Source: Eledone cirrhosa
Lineage: Eukaryota
Direction of reading: 5' to 3'
NCBI GenBank assembly: GCA_964016885.1
Contig: OZ024756.1
Span: forward strand, 4,526,001 to 4,590,000
DNA: 64,000 nt
Shown: positions 62,141 to 64,000 of the stretch, in pieces
Position numbering within the stretch: the stretch's first letter is position 1
Layout of the letters: each line of letters starts with the position of its first letter
Notes under the pieces: model-generated
The model's input: the letters and a program-made list of their open reading frames with translations, nothing else
Database searches by the model: none
What the model was told of the DNA's origin: nothing
Translations under genes and position numbers: made by a program

Positions 62141-64000
62141 TGGAGATATCCTGGAGATATACTGAAGATATCCTGGAAATATCCTGGAGATATACTGGGG
62201 ATATACTAGAGATATACTGGAGATATACTGGGGATATACTAGAGATATACTGAGATATACTGGAGATTTACTGGAGATATACTGGAGATATACTGGATAT
62301 ATACTGGAGATATCCTGGAGATATCCTGGAGATACACTGGAGATATGCTGGAGATATACTGGAGATATATTGTTGATATACTTAGATATACTGAAGATAT
62401 ACTGGAGATATACTGGATATATACTAGAGATATACTGGAGATATACTGGTTACATACTAGAGATATACTGGAGATATACTGGAGATATACTGGAGATATA
62501 CTGGAGATATACTGAGATATACTGGGGACATACTTTAGATATACTTTAGATATACTGCAGATATACTTGAGATATACTGGAGATATACTGGAGATATACT
62601 GGAGATTTACTGGAGATTTACTGGAGATATCCTGGAGATATCCTGGAGATATCCTGAAGATATCCTGGAGATATCCTGGAGATATACTGGGGATATACTA
62701 GAGATATACTGAGATATACTGGAGATATACTGGAGATATACTGGAGATATACTGGAGATATCCTGGAGATATCCTGGAGATATACTGGAGATATACTGGA
62801 GATATACTGGAGATATACTGGAGATATACTGGAGATGTAGTAGAGATAAACTGGAGATATACTGGAAATATACTGGAGATATACTGAGATATACTGGAGA
62901 TATACCTTAGATATACTTTAGATATACTGCAGATATACTGGAGATATACTGGAGATATACTGGAGATTTACTGGAGATATACTGGAGATATACTGGAGAT
63001 ATCCTGGAGATATACTGAAGATATCCTGGAAATATCCTGGAGATATACTGGGGATATACTAGAGATATACTGGAGATATACTGGGGATATACTAGAGATA
63101 TACTGAGATATACTGGAGATTTACTGGAGATATACTGGAGATATACTGGATATATACTGGAGATATCCTGGAGATATCCTGGAGATACACTGGAGATATA
63201 CTGGAGATATACTGGAGATATATTGTTGATATACTTAGATATACTGAAGATATACTGGAGATATACTGGATATATACTAGAGATATACTGGAGATATACT
63301 GGTTACATACTAGAGATATACTGGAGATATCCTGGAGATACACTGGACATATACTGGAGATATACTGGAGATATATTGTTGATATACTTAGATATACTGG
63401 AGATATACTGGAGATATACTGGATATATACTAGAGATATACTGGAGATATACTGGTTATATACTAGAGATATACTGGAGATATACTGGAGATATACTGGA
63501 GATATACTGGAGATATACTGGAGATATACTGGAGATATAATGGAGATATACTGAGATATACTGTAGATATCCGAGAGATATACTGGAGATATACTGGAGA
63601 TATACTGGAGATATACTGGAGATATACTGGAGATATACTGGAGATATACTGGAGATATACTGGAGATATACTGGAGATATACTGGAGATATACTGGAGAT
63701 ATACTGGTTATATACTAGAGATATACTGGAGATATACTGGAGATATACTGGAGATATACTGGAGATATACTGGAGATATACTGGAGATATACTGGAGATA
63801 TACTGGAGATATACTGAGATATACTGGGGATATACTGGGGATATACTGGGGATATACTGGAGATATACTGGAGATATACTGGAGATATACTGGAGATATA
63901 CTGGAGATATACTGGAGATATACTGGAGATATACTGGAGATATACTGGAGATATACTGGAGATATACTGGAGATATACTGGAGATATACTGAGATATACT

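Larger units (their letters stand above)
1..64000 (+). repeat. Tandem satellite array, 11-bp monomer GGAGATATACT, roughly 5,800 monomers, extending past both window edges
   Basis: Period-11 repeat visible on every line, e.g. 21 perfect monomers at 7786-8016. All deviations I saw are substituted monomers or 10-/13-bp length variants. No inversion or non-repeat insert was seen. Confidence 0.99.
13814..64000 (+). repeat. Satellite subdomain B, main expanse (mosaic of kb-scale duplicated modules)
   Basis: I saw only B-type diagnostic monomers here. The A markers GTGGTTATACT, GGGGTATACT and the 13-mer were not seen after ~13,610. Confidence 0.85.

Noticed and set aside
1-64000. About 200 ORFs encoding (ILEIYWRYTGD)n or (YISSISPVYLQ)n repeat peptides
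   Set aside because: The 11-bp consensus has no stop codon on either strand, and because 11 is not divisible by 3 every frame gives the same cyclic peptide. The ORFs overlap in several frames and on both strands, have no unique domains, and are broken by frameshifting 10-mers.
1-64000. CRISPR-like repeat/spacer array
   Set aside because: There are no unique spacers, since all intervening sequence is variant monomer. There is no leader and no cas genes.
1-64000. Resemblance of GGAGATATAC to the phage T7 gene 10/pET ribosome-binding site (AAGGAGATATACATATG) and to Shine-Dalgarno GGAG
   Set aside because: This is a 10-nt match without the following ATG or any vector sequence. The nested evolutionary variant structure argues against a synthetic concatemer, so I treat it as coincidence.
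1-64000. Telomerase-synthesised telomeric tract (G-skewed short repeat)
   Set aside because: I do not recognise the motif as telomeric and the consensus lacks a G3+ run. Variants are propagated in kb-scale duplications, which implies recombination rather than templated addition. A subtelomeric location cannot be excluded.
1-64000. TATA-like and GATA (AGATAA) motifs as promoters or regulatory sites
   Set aside because: These are intrinsic to the monomer or its GGAGATAAACT variant, with no associated gene or other supporting context.
1-64000. Pure sequencing or polymerase-slippage artefact
   Set aside because: Rare variants recur in the same order across paralogous blocks tens of kb apart, which random error would not produce. 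Individual duplications could still be misassembled.

Overview
The whole 64-kb window is one uninterrupted, single-orientation tandem satellite built on an 11-bp monomer, GGAGATATACT (reverse complement AGTATATCTCC; 36% GC; G-rich/C-poor on the + strand). I found no unique sequence, gene, RNA gene, mobile element or CRISPR array. All listed ORFs are artefacts: three monomers (33 bp) translate without a stop as ILEIYWRYTGD (+) or YISSISPVYLQ (-). The information lies in the pattern of variant monomers. There are two variant 'dialects': A (1-4778 and 8969-13813) and B (4779-8968 and 13814-64000). Higher-order structure is nested: 131/142/153-bp cassettes, 1.1-5.5-kb segmental duplications and a near-perfect ~9,035-bp A+B duplication. 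Diagnostic variants appear progressively along the array. This resembles eukaryotic heterochromatic or (peri)centromeric satellite evolving by unequal exchange and slippage. The organism and any function cannot be determined from the sequence alone. Duplication offsets were derived from identical ORF-track entries and hand-checked markers, so block boundaries are approximate (tens of bp).
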